NCBI RefSeq assembly: GCF_013167455.1
Contig: NZ_CP038328.1
Length of the DNA: 64,000 nt
Origin: Escherichia coli O157:H7
GTDB taxonomy: Bacteria; Pseudomonadota; Gammaproteobacteria; Enterobacterales; Enterobacteriaceae
Direction: 5' to 3' (one strand)
Positions 25,199 through 35,999 of this stretch are shown here, piece after piece (within the stretch, counting starts at the first letter, position 1; each line of letters opens with the position of its first letter). The notes beneath the pieces are model-generated. The model was not told the origin of the DNA, did no database searches, and was given only the letters and a program-made list of their open reading frames with translations. The translations under genes and the position numbers were made by a program.

Positions 25199-26191
25199 AT
25201 GGTGAAATCGACGTCATGTACAACCATTGATTTCATGAATATGTCGCAGCTAACCGAACGGACCTTTACGTCATCTGAATCTCTCAGCAGCCTGTCACTT
25301 TTTCTTAGTCTGGCACGTGGACAGTGTCGGCCGGGTAAATTCTGGCATCGCCGTAGTTTTCGCCAGAAATTTTTGCTGCGCTCGTTGATTATGCCGCGTT
25401 TAAGCGTTGAGTGGATGAACGAACTTTCCCACTGGCCTAATCTCAATGTATTGTTAACGCGCCAGCCGCGACTGCCTGTGCGTCTGCATCGCCCTTACCT
25501 TGCGGCGAATCTTAGCCGTAAGCAATTGCTGGAGGCGTTACGTTACCATTATGCGTTACTCCGTGGATGTATGTCGGCGGAAGAATTCAGCTTATATTTG
25601 AATACCCCCGGGCTGCAACTGGCGAAGCTGGAAGGCAAAAACGGCGAGCAGTTCACGCTTGAGCTGACCATGATGATCTCAATGGATAAAGAAGGTGACA
25701 GCACAATCCTGTTCCGCAACAGCGAAGGTATTCCTCTGGCAGAAATCACGTTTACCCTGTGTGAATATCAGGGGAAAAGAACGATGTTTATTGGTGGACT
25801 GCAAGGCGCAAAATGGGAAATTCCACATCAGGAAATCCAGAATGCGACGAAAGCCTGCCACGGGCTATTTCCCAAACGCCTCGTGATGGAAGCGGCCTGT
25901 CTGTTTGCCCAACGTTTGCAGGTAGAGCAGATTATTGCCGTCAGCAATGAAACGCATATTTACCGCAGCCTGCGTTATCGCGATAAAGAAGGCAAGATCC
26001 ATGCCGATTACAACGCTTTCTGGGAATCGGTTGGCGGCGTATGTGATGCTGAACGCCATTACCGCCTTCCAGCACAGATAGCACGAAAAGAGATTGCCGA
26101 AATCGCCAGTAAAAAACGGGCTGAATACCGTCGGCGCTATGAGATGCTCGACGCTATTCAGCCACAAATGGCCACGATGTTTCGCGGTTAA
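25199..26191 (+). CDS. ybjX: VirK-like protein YbjX (DUF535)
   Basis: 330-aa ORF divergent from macA; length matches recalled YbjX; true start could be at a downstream Met. Confidence 0.8.
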   Translation: MVKSTSCTTIDFMNMSQLTERTFTSSESLSSLSLFLSLARGQCRPGKFWHRRSFRQKFLLRSLIMPRLSVEWMNELSHWPNLNVLLTRQPRLPVRLHRPYLAANLSRKQLLEALRYHYALLRGCMSAEEFSLYLNTPGLQLAKLEGKNGEQFTLELTMMISMDKEGDSTILFRNSEGIPLAEITFTLCEYQGKRTMFIGGLQGAKWEIPHQEIQNATKACHGLFPKRLVMEAACLFAQRLQVEQIIAVSNETHIYRSLRYRDKEGKIHADYNAFWESVGGVCDAERHYRLPAQIARKEIAEIASKKRAEYRRRYEMLDAIQPQMATMFRG

Positions 26192-27846
26192 TCCGCGCGA
26201 CCGCGCGCCAGCCACAGCACGCGTGAGAACATTTTTTTCAGCAGCGTCGGTACGGAGTCCACACCACGACGTCCGGCCTCCATTGCCACTTCAATGGCAA
26301 GATCGGGTTTGGAAGAGCGATGGATCGCTTTCGAGATAATTTTGCGCAGATTCATCGGGACATTTTCCGGGATTTGCGCCACGCGGTGGAACACATCGGA
26401 AAATCCCTGGCGATACATAAAATGTTCCATATCCAGCGCCGGTAACGCCGTTAAATGTTCTCGTTCGGCTTCCCGATCATTATTCAACAGGCTGCGTACC
26501 GTAGCGGCATATTTCTTCCCTGCTTCATCGCCATCGACCAGTACATGCCATTCAATCCCCATTCGGCGGGCAAATTTAACCAGTGGCTTTAGCCCGGACT
26601 GGGCAAACTCAATGACCTTGATCCCTTCGGCATCAAAATGATGTCCGCACTGACGCGCCAGTTCATTGATAACCCAGGTTTCCGTTTCCCCTTCCACCAG
26701 CAACCAGCAGCGAGCAAACAGCGATGACGGACGATTAAAACGAATGTGAAAAGAGATGCGGCGGCTGTCTTCGGTGCTCAAGCCACTTGGCCCCAGACGC
26801 CAGGCGGCAACACGAGAAGATTCACGCACCAGGCGGCAAACATGTTCCACTGGAGTTAACGAAAGCAGCTCGCCAGAGTTGGTGGTAGCAATACGTTGTA
26901 AAGGCAAAAGATTCAACAGATGCCAGGCAACTGAAAGCATAATGGGGTGTAAACGCGTTTCTGGATCTTCGATCAGCAACAATGGACGGGCGTCTTTATC
27001 CAGTCGCAATGTGCCTTTTGCCTGCAATAAAGTAGCAAACAGGCCGAGCAAAATAACCCGATACGAGCGCCCTCCAGGTCGGTCAATCATCCGGTTGATG
27101 ATGTCCAGATAGCGCCAGCTTCGTTGCTCATTGCTGGCCCGCCGCCGCATTAAACGATATCGCGCCTGTCCAGCCCCCTGCTCAGAGAAATAATGCTCAA
27201 GCAACTGCACCATTGCGGAAAGTCCCTGACGAATCTGTCCATCAGAGAGATTTTGCGGATGTGAGGACAACTCACGGGCGAGGAAATCGAGCTGGCGCGC
27301 GGTGACTTCCACATTGGGGACATTTGGCACCGTGCCGTTACGAATACGGCGCATAAAACGGGCATCACGCAAGCGCAGCACCGGCATTAAACGCACCAGA
27401 TGGTGTGCCTGATCGTTAATATCCTCAACATCAATCGGATGTCCGTCTTTATCGAGAAAACTGCGCAGTGTCATCACGCTGCCGTCTTCCGCACTCTCCC
27501 CTTCCAGACGATAAAAAATACGGTGATAGCCATCGGTGCATGGCGTCCAGCACGCTTCCAGCGGCCGATAACGGCGAACCCGATGTCGACCTGGCAGCGA
27601 TTCGCGGAAGGTCAAAATAATATGCAGATGATGTTCTCGCCCGTTGATATCTCCCGGCGGGAACCAGAAATCGTCGCGCTCAAAATGGTAGAGATCTGAT
27701 TCTGGCGATAGCAGCAGGGTTAAGGCGTCCAGCAAGCTGGATTTACCCCACGCGTTCTCCCCAATCAGGACGTTGTTTTGTTCCAGCATCAACGACAAAC
27801 GGTTGATACCGCGAAAACCCACAATTTCAACGCGCTCAAGAATCAT
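26188..27846 (-). CDS. ybjD: OLD-family (AAA ATPase + Toprim) protein YbjD
   Basis: 552-aa ORF; N-terminal Walker A GENAWGKSSLLDAL; C-terminal Toprim-like motifs LLVEGETE and VLVDGDEAG. Confidence 0.88.
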   Translation of the reverse strand: MILERVEIVGFRGINRLSLMLEQNNVLIGENAWGKSSLLDALTLLLSPESDLYHFERDDFWFPPGDINGREHHLHIILTFRESLPGRHRVRRYRPLEACWTPCTDGYHRIFYRLEGESAEDGSVMTLRSFLDKDGHPIDVEDINDQAHHLVRLMPVLRLRDARFMRRIRNGTVPNVPNVEVTARQLDFLARELSSHPQNLSDGQIRQGLSAMVQLLEHYFSEQGAGQARYRLMRRRASNEQRSWRYLDIINRMIDRPGGRSYRVILLGLFATLLQAKGTLRLDKDARPLLLIEDPETRLHPIMLSVAWHLLNLLPLQRIATTNSGELLSLTPVEHVCRLVRESSRVAAWRLGPSGLSTEDSRRISFHIRFNRPSSLFARCWLLVEGETETWVINELARQCGHHFDAEGIKVIEFAQSGLKPLVKFARRMGIEWHVLVDGDEAGKKYAATVRSLLNNDREAEREHLTALPALDMEHFMYRQGFSDVFHRVAQIPENVPMNLRKIISKAIHRSSKPDLAIEVAMEAGRRGVDSVPTLLKKMFSRVLWLARGRAD

Positions 27847-28271
27847 ATCCCCTCCAGAAATATGTGACTTATCCTTTACGCTGGCAGTATAACGGGAAAG
27901 GCCTTGCTAATACGTGATGACATCACATTTAAGCATGGCAAATGTCTGAAAAATGAGCGAATAATCGCGTTATACTCCCTCTTGCTGATAAGTCTGCAAA
28001 AACAACAAAATCAAATAATTAGCATGATAAATTATTTTTTATTACGCCTAAAGGATTAAATCTTTTGCTTGCACTACACTGTCAATCAGACAAATGACTA
28101 TATGGGGCAACCCGCTGTTGCCCTAAATCAAATTTACTGGATTTATTTATCTGGTGAATGACTCGCCTTCGTTTTTAAAATAGCCGCGCATTATTTCCGT
28201 CGTCACTTTTTTACGACGACCCTATAAAACGACCATATTTTTCACAGGGTCAATTTTTAATTGAGGTGGAT

Positions 28272-28967
28272 ATGTTCAGAAAATTAGCAGCTGAATGTTT
28301 TGGTACTTTCTGGCTTGTTTTTGGTGGCTGTGGTAGTGCTGTACTGGCCGCAGGCTTCCCGGAATTAGGCATTGGTTTTGCCGGCGTGGCGTTGGCGTTC
28401 GGTCTGACCGTTCTGACGATGGCCTTTGCTGTTGGTCATATTTCTGGTGGTCATTTTAACCCGGCGGTCACTATTGGTTTATGGGCTGGCGGACGTTTTC
28501 CGGCAAAAGAAGTCGTTGGCTACGTAATTGCCCAGGTTGTCGGCGGTATTGTTGCGGCAGCGCTGCTGTATTTAATTGCCAGTGGTAAAACGGGTTTTGA
28601 CGCGGCAGCCAGCGGTTTTGCTTCTAACGGTTATGGCGAGCATTCACCAGGCGGTTATTCCATGCTTTCCGCGCTGGTAGTTGAACTGGTATTGAGTGCG
28701 GGCTTCCTGTTAGTGATCCACGGTGCAACCGACAAATTCGCTCCGGCAGGTTTTGCGCCGATCGCTATTGGTCTGGCCTTAACCCTGATTCACTTAATCA
28801 GTATTCCGGTGACTAACACTTCTGTTAACCCGGCGCGCAGCACCGCGGTTGCCATCTTCCAGGGCGGCTGGGCATTAGAACAACTGTGGTTCTTCTGGGT
28901 GGTGCCAATTGTCGGTGGCATTATCGGTGGTCTGATTTACCGGACTCTGCTGGAAAAGCGTAATTAA
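28272..28967 (+). CDS. aqpZ: Aquaporin Z
   Basis: 231-aa product [21 protein letters not shown]...; two NPA motifs (HFNPAV and VNPARS). Confidence 0.95.
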   Translation: MFRKLAAECFGTFWLVFGGCGSAVLAAGFPELGIGFAGVALAFGLTVLTMAFAVGHISGGHFNPAVTIGLWAGGRFPAKEVVGYVIAQVVGGIVAAALLYLIASGKTGFDAAASGFASNGYGEHSPGGYSMLSALVVELVLSAGFLLVIHGATDKFAPAGFAPIAIGLALTLIHLISIPVTNTSVNPARSTAVAIFQGGWALEQLWFFWVVPIVGGIIGGLIYRTLLEKRN

Positions 28968-29424
28968 TTAGCATTGGCATTTTATCTGCCCTGGTTGTTT
29001 TATCTTCGACATTACAAACCGCACGGGTATTGGTGGCGTCAAAATCGCTGAAGCGTTCCCCGAAGGCCGGGGCAGCCCACATGGATGTGGGCTGAGGGCG
29101 CGTCTTACAGGACGTTACCTCGCGCCCGACCCGGTTGCCGAAGGGGATAAGCTGAAGGTACCGCGCAGCGGCGATTTTGTTCGCCAGAGCCCGGGGGTGC
29201 AGGGGGCGGCGGCGACTGGCCGCCCCCTGCGCGCTCCCTGCGCCAGTGGCTTTATATGGCATTGCACATGAAAGGAGCGCAACAATGCTAAACACTCATA
29301 TAGAATTAAAAATCCCCCTCTGATGCATAACATTTCCTTTTAATTGCAACTTTACTCGTCCTTCCGCTTTCAGTAGTGTGTCATCGCGCATTTCGACTTC
29401 TTTCTTTGCAAGGGCTGGTTTTTC

Positions 29425-30324
29425 ATGTTTTCTGGGTTGTTAATCATTCTGGTTCCCCTGATTGTGGGTTACCTCATTCCGCTTCGCCAACAAGCTGCGT
29501 TAAAAGTTATTAATCAGCTATTAAGCAGGATGGTTTACCTTATTCTCTTTTTTATGGGTATCAGTCTGGCGTTTCTCGATAACCTCGCCAGTAACCTGTT
29601 GGCGATTCTGCATTATTCTGCCGTCAGTATTACCGTTATTTTACTGTGTAATATTGCCGCCCTTATGTGGCTGGAGCGCGGTCTGCCGTGGCGCAACCAC
29701 CATCAGCAAGAAAAACTCCCGTCGCGTATTGCGATGGCGCTTGAGTCGCTAAAACTGTGCGGCGTAGTAGTGATTGGTTTTGCCATTGGCCTGAGTGGAC
29801 TGGCTTTCTTACAACACGCGACCGAAGCCAGTGAATACACGTTAATTCTGCTACTTTTCCTCGTCGGTATTCAGTTGCGCAATAATGGCATGACCTTAAA
29901 GCAGATTGTCCTTAATCGCCGGGGAATGATTGTCGCCGTGGTGGTGGTTGCCAGTTCATTAATTGGTGGTTTAATTAACGCCTTTATTCTTGATCTACCC
30001 ATCAATACCGCGCTGGCAATGGCCTCTGGTTTCGGCTGGTATTCTCTTTCCGGTATTTTATTGACCGAATCTTTTGGTCCGGTAATCGGGAGCGCGGCGT
30101 TTTTTAATGATCTGGCCCGTGAGCTGATTGCAATTATGTTGATCCCTGGGCTGATTCGCCGCAGCCGCTCTACCGCACTGGGCTTATGCGGTGCGACGTC
30201 GATGGATTTCACCCTGCCCGTTCTTCAACGTACTGGCGGGCTGGATATGGTCCCGGCAGCAATTGTTCACGGTTTTATTCTTAGCCTGTTAGTGCCGATC
30301 CTCATCGCCTTTTTCTCCGCGTAA
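29425..30324 (+). CDS. lysO: Lysine exporter LysO (YbjE)
   Basis: 299-aa polytopic membrane ORF at the conserved position between aqpZ and hcp. Confidence 0.88.
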   Translation: MFSGLLIILVPLIVGYLIPLRQQAALKVINQLLSRMVYLILFFMGISLAFLDNLASNLLAILHYSAVSITVILLCNIAALMWLERGLPWRNHHQQEKLPSRIAMALESLKLCGVVVIGFAIGLSGLAFLQHATEASEYTLILLLFLVGIQLRNNGMTLKQIVLNRRGMIVAVVVVASSLIGGLINAFILDLPINTALAMASGFGWYSLSGILLTESFGPVIGSAAFFNDLARELIAIMLIPGLIRRSRSTALGLCGATSMDFTLPVLQRTGGLDMVPAAIVHGFILSLLVPILIAFFSA

Positions 30325-30357
30325 TACCTCTCTGGCGGTAGATCCCTGCCGCCAAAA

Positions 30358-30371
30358 TTGCGCTAAATCAA
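30358..30371 (+). promoter_or_regulatory. Candidate FNR box (TTGCGCTAAATCAA) upstream of hcp
   Basis: 8 of 10 half-site positions match TTGAT-N4-ATCAA; hcp-hcr is known to be anaerobically induced via FNR; position not verified against a mapped transcription start. Confidence 0.4.
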
Positions 30372-30430
30372 TCTCCCTTAAAGTTGCATGAAAAATCCCT
30401 TTTATCCCCGCGTTAAGCGTCTTAACCTTA

Positions 30431-30453
30431 AACATGTATATTAAATATAACTT
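30431..30453 (+). promoter_or_regulatory. Candidate NsrR operator (imperfect 11-1-11 palindrome) upstream of hcp
   Basis: aacatgtatattaaatataactt matches the recalled NsrR consensus AAGATGCATTTAAAATACATCTT at about 17 of 23 positions; hcp is a known NsrR target. Confidence 0.4.
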
Positions 30454-30467
30454 TAAAAGGTGTGATC

Positions 30468-32120
30468 ATGTTTTGTGTGCAATGTGAACAAACTATCCGT
30501 ACTCCGGCAGGAAACGGCTGCTCATACGCGCAGGGGATGTGTGGTAAAACGGCGGAAACTTCTGACCTTCAGGATTTACTCATCGCGGCGCTGCAAGGGC
30601 TTTCTGCCTGGGCGGTAAAAGCGCGTGAATACGGCATCATCAACCACGATGTCGACAGCTTCGCGCCACGTGCCTTTTTCTCAACCCTGACCAACGTTAA
30701 CTTCGATTCTCCGCGTATTGTCGGCTACGCTCGTGAAGCGATTGCCTTGCGCGAGGCGCTGAAAGCACAATGCCTGGCTGTAGATGCCAACGCCCGCGTC
30801 GATAACCCGATGGCTGACCTGCAACTGGTGAGCGACGATCTCGGCGAACTGCAACGTCAGGCAGCAGAATTTACCCCTAACAAAGATAAAGCGGCGATTG
30901 GCGAAAACATTCTCGGCCTGCGTCTGCTGTGCCTGTATGGCCTGAAAGGTGCGGCGGCCTATATGGAACACGCACACGTTCTCGGTCAATACGACAACGA
31001 TATTTATGCCCAGTATCATAAAATCATGGCGTGGCTGGGGACCTGGCCTGCCGATATGAACGCGCTTCTTGAGTGTTCAATGGAAATCGGCCAGATGAAC
31101 TTCAAAGTGATGAGCATTCTGGATGCAGGCGAAACCGGTAAATACGGTCACCCGACGCCAACCCAGGTCAACGTCAAAGCGACGGCGGGTAAATGCATCC
31201 TGATTTCCGGTCACGATCTCAAAGATCTCTACAACCTGCTGGAACAGACCGAAGGCACGGGCGTTAATGTCTACACCCACGGCGAAATGCTGCCTGCGCA
31301 TGGCTACCCGGAGCTGCGTAAATTCAAGCATCTGGTCGGTAACTACGGCAGCGGCTGGCAGAATCAGCAAGTGGAGTTCGCTCGTTTCCCTGGCCCCATC
31401 GTGATGACCTCGAACTGCATCATCGACCCAACCGTAGGCGCTTATGACGATCGTATCTGGACCCGCAGCATCGTTGGCTGGCCTGGCGTGCGTCATCTGG
31501 ATGGCGAAGATTTCTCTGCGGTCATTGCCCAGGCGCAACAAATGGCAGGCTTCCCATACAGCGAAATTCCGCACCTGATCACCGTGGGCTTTGGCCGCCA
31601 GACGCTGCTTGGCGCAGCGGATACGCTAATTGATCTGGTGAGCCGTGAAAAACTGCGTCATATCTTCCTGCTTGGTGGCTGTGACGGCGCACGCGGCGAA
31701 CGTCACTACTTCACCGATTTCGCCACCAGCGTGCCAGATGACTGCCTGATCCTGACTCTCGCCTGTGGTAAATATCGCTTTAACAAACTTGAGTTTGGCG
31801 ATATCGAAGGTCTGCCTCGTCTGGTGGATGCCGGTCAGTGTAACGATGCTTACTCAGCAATTATTCTGGCGGTTACGCTGGCAGAAAAACTGGGCTGCGG
31901 TGTCAACGATCTGCCGCTGTCGCTGGTGCTCTCCTGGTTTGAACAGAAAGCGATTGTCATTCTGCTGACGCTGCTTTCTCTGGGCGTGAAAAATATCGTC
32001 ACCGGCCCGACTGCACCTGGTTTCCTGACACCAGATCTGCTGGCGGTGCTGAACGAGAAATTCGGCCTGCGTTCTATCACCACTGTTGAAGAAGACATGA
32101 AGCAACTGTTGAGCGCGTAA
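30468..32120 (+). CDS. hcp: Hybrid-cluster protein (hydroxylamine reductase / NO-detoxifying) Hcp
   Basis: 550-aa product MFCVQCEQT...; N-terminal Cys motif [25 protein letters not shown]. Confidence 0.95.
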   Translation: MFCVQCEQTIRTPAGNGCSYAQGMCGKTAETSDLQDLLIAALQGLSAWAVKAREYGIINHDVDSFAPRAFFSTLTNVNFDSPRIVGYAREAIALREALKAQCLAVDANARVDNPMADLQLVSDDLGELQRQAAEFTPNKDKAAIGENILGLRLLCLYGLKGAAAYMEHAHVLGQYDNDIYAQYHKIMAWLGTWPADMNALLECSMEIGQMNFKVMSILDAGETGKYGHPTPTQVNVKATAGKCILISGHDLKDLYNLLEQTEGTGVNVYTHGEMLPAHGYPELRKFKHLVGNYGSGWQNQQVEFARFPGPIVMTSNCIIDPTVGAYDDRIWTRSIVGWPGVRHLDGEDFSAVIAQAQQMAGFPYSEIPHLITVGFGRQTLLGAADTLIDLVSREKLRHIFLLGGCDGARGERHYFTDFATSVPDDCLILTLACGKYRFNKLEFGDIEGLPRLVDAGQCNDAYSAIILAVTLAEKLGCGVNDLPLSLVLSWFEQKAIVILLTLLSLGVKNIVTGPTAPGFLTPDLLAVLNEKFGLRSITTVEEDMKQLLSA

Positions 32121-32131
32121 GGAGTTTGTCG

Positions 32132-33100
32132 ATGACGATGCCAACGAATCAATGCCCGTGGCGGATGCAGGTTCATCACATTAAGCAAGAAACGCCGGAT
32201 GTGTGGACGATTTCCCTGATTTGCCACGATTACTACCCATACCGCGCCGGGCAATATGCACTGGTCAGCGTGCGTAACTCAGCGGAAACGCTGCGTGCTT
32301 ACACCATTTCCTCCACGCCAGGCGTGAGTGAATATATCACCCTGACCGTGCGGCGGATTGATGACGGTGTCGGCTCCCAGTGGCTGACCCGCGATGTAAA
32401 ACGCGGTGATTATCTCTGGCTTTCAGACGCGATGGGGGAATTTACCTGCGACGATAAAGCAGAAGATAAATTCCTGTTGCTGGCTGCAGGCTGCGGCGTC
32501 ACGCCGATTATGTCGATGCGTCGCTGGCTGGCGAAGAACCGTCCACAGGCCGATGTGCGGGTGATCTACAACGTGCGTACGCCGCAGGATGTTATTTTCG
32601 CCGATGAGTGGCGTAACTATCCGGTAACGCTGGTGGCGGAAAATAACGTTACCGAAGGCTTTATCGCTGGTCGTCTCACTCGCGAACTCCTGACTCGCGT
32701 TCCTGACTTAGCTTCACGTACCGTGATGACCTGCGGCCCGGCTCCGTATATGGATTGGGTAGAGCAGGAAGTGAAAGCACTCGGCGTGACGCGTTTCTTT
32801 AAAGAGAAATTCTTCACCCCAGTAGCGGAAGCTGCGACCAGCGGTCTGAAATTCACCAAACTGCAACCGGCGCAAGAATTTTACGCTCCTGTTGGCACCA
32901 CGCTGCTGGAGGCGCTGGAAAGCAATAACGTTCCGGTTGTCGCCGCCTGCCGCGCGGGTGTTTGCGGCTGCTGTAAGACGAAAGTGGTTTCCGGTGAATA
33001 TACGGTGAGCAGTACAATGACGCTGACCGACGCCGAAATCGCTGAAGGTTACGTACTGGCCTGCTCCTGCCATCCGCAGGGGGATTTGGTTCTCGCATAA
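32132..33100 (+). CDS. hcr: NADH oxidoreductase for Hcp (Hcr)
   Basis: 322-aa product MTMPTNQCPWRM...; ferredoxin-NADP reductase-like fold with C-terminal 2Fe-2S motif CRAGVCGCCKTK. Confidence 0.93.
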   Translation: MTMPTNQCPWRMQVHHIKQETPDVWTISLICHDYYPYRAGQYALVSVRNSAETLRAYTISSTPGVSEYITLTVRRIDDGVGSQWLTRDVKRGDYLWLSDAMGEFTCDDKAEDKFLLLAAGCGVTPIMSMRRWLAKNRPQADVRVIYNVRTPQDVIFADEWRNYPVTLVAENNVTEGFIAGRLTRELLTRVPDLASRTVMTCGPAPYMDWVEQEVKALGVTRFFKEKFFTPVAEAATSGLKFTKLQPAQEFYAPVGTTLLEALESNNVPVVAACRAGVCGCCKTKVVSGEYTVSSTMTLTDAEIAEGYVLACSCHPQGDLVLA

Positions 33101-33232
33101 TCGCCTTATGCCCGATGATATTCCTTTCATCGGGCTATTTAACCGTTAGTGCCTCCTTTCTCTCCCATCCCTTCCCCCTCCGTCAGATGAACTAAACTTG
33201 TTACCGTTATCACATTCAGGAGATGGAGAACC

Positions 33233-34951
33233 ATGAAACAAACGGTTGCAGCTTATATCGCCAAAACACTCGAATCGGCAGGCGTGAAACGCATCTGGGG
33301 AGTCACGGGCGACTCTCTGAACGGTCTTAGCGACAGTCTTAATCGCATGGGCACCATCGAGTGGATGTCCACCCGCCATGAAGAAGTGGCGGCGTTTGCC
33401 GCTGGCGCTGAAGCACAACTTTCAGGAGAACTGGCGGTCTGTGCTGGATCGTGCGGCCCCGGCAACCTGCACTTAATCAACGGCCTGTTCGATTGCCACC
33501 GCAATCACGTTCCGGTACTGGCGATTGCCGCTCATATTCCTTCCAGCGAAATTGGCAGCGGCTATTTCCAGGAAACCCACCCACAAGAGCTATTCCGCGA
33601 ATGTAGTCACTATTGCGAGCTGGTTTCCAGCCCGGAGCAGATCCCACAAGTGCTGGCGATTGCCATGCGCAAAGCGGTGCTTAACCGTGGCGTTTCCGTT
33701 GTCGTGTTACCGGGCGACGTGGCGTTAAAACCTGCGCCAGAAGGGGCAACTACCCACTGGTATCATGCGCCACAGCCAGTCGTGACGCCGGAAGAAGAAG
33801 AGTTACGCAAACTGGCGCAACTGCTGCGTTATTCCAGCAATATCGCTCTGATGTGTGGCAGCGGCTGCGCGGGGGCGCATAAAGAGTTAGTTGAGTTTGC
33901 CGGGAAAATTAAAGCACCTATTGTTCATGCCCTACGCGGTAAAGAGCATGTCGAATACGATAATCCGTATGATGTTGGAATGACCGGGTTAATCGGATTC
34001 TCGTCAGGTTTCCATACCATGATGAACGCCGACACGTTAGTGCTACTCGGTACTCAGTTCCCCTACCGTGCGTTCTACCCGACCGATGCCAAAATTATTC
34101 AGATTGATATCAACCCAGCCAGCATCGGCGCACACAGCAAGGTGGATATGGCGCTGGTCGGCGATATCAAGTCGACCCTGCGTGCATTGCTGCCATTGGT
34201 GGAAGAAAAAGCCGATCGCAAGTTTCTGGATAAAGCGCTGGAAGATTACCGCGATGCCCGCAAAGGGCTGGACGATTTAGCTAAACCGAGCGAGAAAGCC
34301 ATTCACCCGCAATATCTGGCGCAGCAAATTAGTCATTTTGCCGCCGATGACGCCATCTTTACCTGTGACGTCGGCACGCCAACGGTGTGGGCGGCGCGTT
34401 ATCTGAAAATGAACGGCAAGCGTCGCCTGTTAGGTTCGTTTAACCACGGTTCGATGGCTAACGCCATGCCGCAGGCGCTGGGCGCGCAGGCAACCGAGCC
34501 GGAACGTCAGGTGGTCGCCATGTGCGGCGATGGCGGTTTTAGCATGTTGATGGGCGATTTCCTCTCGGTAGTGCAGATGAAACTGCCGGTGAAAATTATC
34601 GTCTTTAATAACAGCGTGCTGGGCTTTGTGGCGATGGAGATGAAAGCCGGAGGCTACCTGACAGACGGTACTGAGCTGCACGACACCAACTTTGCCCGCA
34701 TTGCCGAAGCGTGCGGAATTACGGGTATTCGTGTAGAAAAAGCCTCTGAAATCGATGAAGCCCTGCAACGCGCCTTCTCCATCGACGGTCCGGTATTGGT
34801 GGATGTGGTGGTCGCCAAAGAAGAGTTAGCCATTCCACCGCAGATCAAACTCGAACAGGCCAAAGGTTTCAGCCTGTATATGCTGCGCGCAATCATCAGC
34901 GGACGCGGTGATGAAGTGATCGAACTGGCGAAAACGAACTGGCTAAGGTAA
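33233..34951 (+). CDS. poxB: Pyruvate oxidase (ubiquinone-dependent pyruvate dehydrogenase) PoxB
   Basis: 572-aa [35 protein letters not shown]...; thiamine-diphosphate enzyme with GDGGF motif. Confidence 0.95.
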   Translation: MKQTVAAYIAKTLESAGVKRIWGVTGDSLNGLSDSLNRMGTIEWMSTRHEEVAAFAAGAEAQLSGELAVCAGSCGPGNLHLINGLFDCHRNHVPVLAIAAHIPSSEIGSGYFQETHPQELFRECSHYCELVSSPEQIPQVLAIAMRKAVLNRGVSVVVLPGDVALKPAPEGATTHWYHAPQPVVTPEEEELRKLAQLLRYSSNIALMCGSGCAGAHKELVEFAGKIKAPIVHALRGKEHVEYDNPYDVGMTGLIGFSSGFHTMMNADTLVLLGTQFPYRAFYPTDAKIIQIDINPASIGAHSKVDMALVGDIKSTLRALLPLVEEKADRKFLDKALEDYRDARKGLDDLAKPSEKAIHPQYLAQQISHFAADDAIFTCDVGTPTVWAARYLKMNGKRRLLGSFNHGSMANAMPQALGAQATEPERQVVAMCGDGGFSMLMGDFLSVVQMKLPVKIIVFNNSVLGFVAMEMKAGGYLTDGTELHDTNFARIAEACGITGIRVEKASEIDEALQRAFSIDGPVLVDVVVAKEELAIPPQIKLEQAKGFSLYMLRAIISGRGDEVIELAKTNWLR

Positions 34952-34987
34952 AAAGGGTGGCATTTCCCGTCATAATAAGGACATGCC

Positions 34988-35989
34988 ATGATTGATTTAC
35001 GCAGTGATACCGTAACCCGACCGAGCCGCGCCATGCTCGAAGCGATGATGGCCGCCCCGGTTGGGGACGACGTTTACGGAGACGACCCTACCGTTAATGC
35101 TCTGCAGGACTATGCAGCAGAGCTTTCCGGTAAAGAAGCCGCCATTTTTCTGCCTACCGGCACTCAGGCCAACCTGGTCGCTCTGCTCAGTCACTGCGAA
35201 CGCGGCGAAGAGTATATTGTCGGTCAGGCCGCGCATAACTATCTGTTTGAAGCCGGTGGCGCGGCGGTGCTGGGCAGTATTCAACCGCAACCCATCGACG
35301 CGGCTGCCGACGGCACGCTACCGCTGGATAAAGTGGCGATGAAAATCAAACCCGACGATATCCATTTCGCCCGCACCAAATTACTCAGTCTGGAAAACAC
35401 CCACAACGGCAAAGTGTTGCCGCGTGAATACCTTAAAGATGCATGGGAATTTACCCGCGAGCGCAATCTGGCGCTGCATGTTGACGGTGCGCGCATCTTT
35501 AATGCCGTGGTGGCTTACGGCAGCGAACTGAAAGAGCTCACGCAATATTGTGATTCGTTCACCATTTGCCTGTCGAAAGGTCTTGGGACGCCAGTCGGTT
35601 CATTACTCGTCGGTAATCGTGATTACATTAAACGTGCCATTCGCTGGCGGAAAATGACAGGTGGCGGGATGCGCCAGTCCGGCATTCTGGCTGCCGCCGG
35701 GATGTATGCGCTGAAAAATAACGTCGCACGGTTGCAGGAAGATCACGACAACGCCGCCTGGATGGCGGAGCAACTGCGTGAAGCAGGCGCGGATGTGATG
35801 CGTCAGGACACTAATATGCTGTTTGTTCGCGTCGGCGAAGAAAATGCTGCCGCGTTAGGCGAATACATGAAAGCGAGAAACGTACTGATTAACGCCTCGC
35901 CGATTGTCCGCCTGGTGACCCATCTTGACGTCTCGCGCGAACAACTGGCAGAAGTCGCCGCCCACTGGCGCGCATTCCTGGCGCGTTAA
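34988..35989 (+). CDS. ltaE: Low-specificity L-threonine aldolase
   Basis: 333-aa [43 protein letters not shown]...; PLP-dependent aldolase family. Confidence 0.93.
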   Translation: MIDLRSDTVTRPSRAMLEAMMAAPVGDDVYGDDPTVNALQDYAAELSGKEAAIFLPTGTQANLVALLSHCERGEEYIVGQAAHNYLFEAGGAAVLGSIQPQPIDAAADGTLPLDKVAMKIKPDDIHFARTKLLSLENTHNGKVLPREYLKDAWEFTRERNLALHVDGARIFNAVVAYGSELKELTQYCDSFTICLSKGLGTPVGSLLVGNRDYIKRAIRWRKMTGGGMRQSGILAAAGMYALKNNVARLQEDHDNAAWMAEQLREAGADVMRQDTNMLFVRVGEENAAALGEYMKARNVLINASPIVRLVTHLDVSREQLAEVAAHWRAFLAR

Positions 35990-35999
35990 GGAGGGAGAC

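Noticed and set aside
28921-29333. Two overlapping minus-strand ORFs (124 and 72 aa) in the GC-rich aqpZ-lysO intergenic segment
   Set aside because: The first overlaps the aqpZ 3' end antisense; both are Ala/Arg/Gly/Pro-rich as expected from random translation of GC-rich DNA, with no start context. Kept only as a structural-element finding.
35925-35999. ATG start at 35925 for ybjT, as in the ORF track
   Set aside because: It would overlap the last 65 nt of ltaE in another frame. The GTG at 36000 is preceded by AAGGAGGGAGAC, starts at the Rossmann motif and gives the expected 476-aa product.
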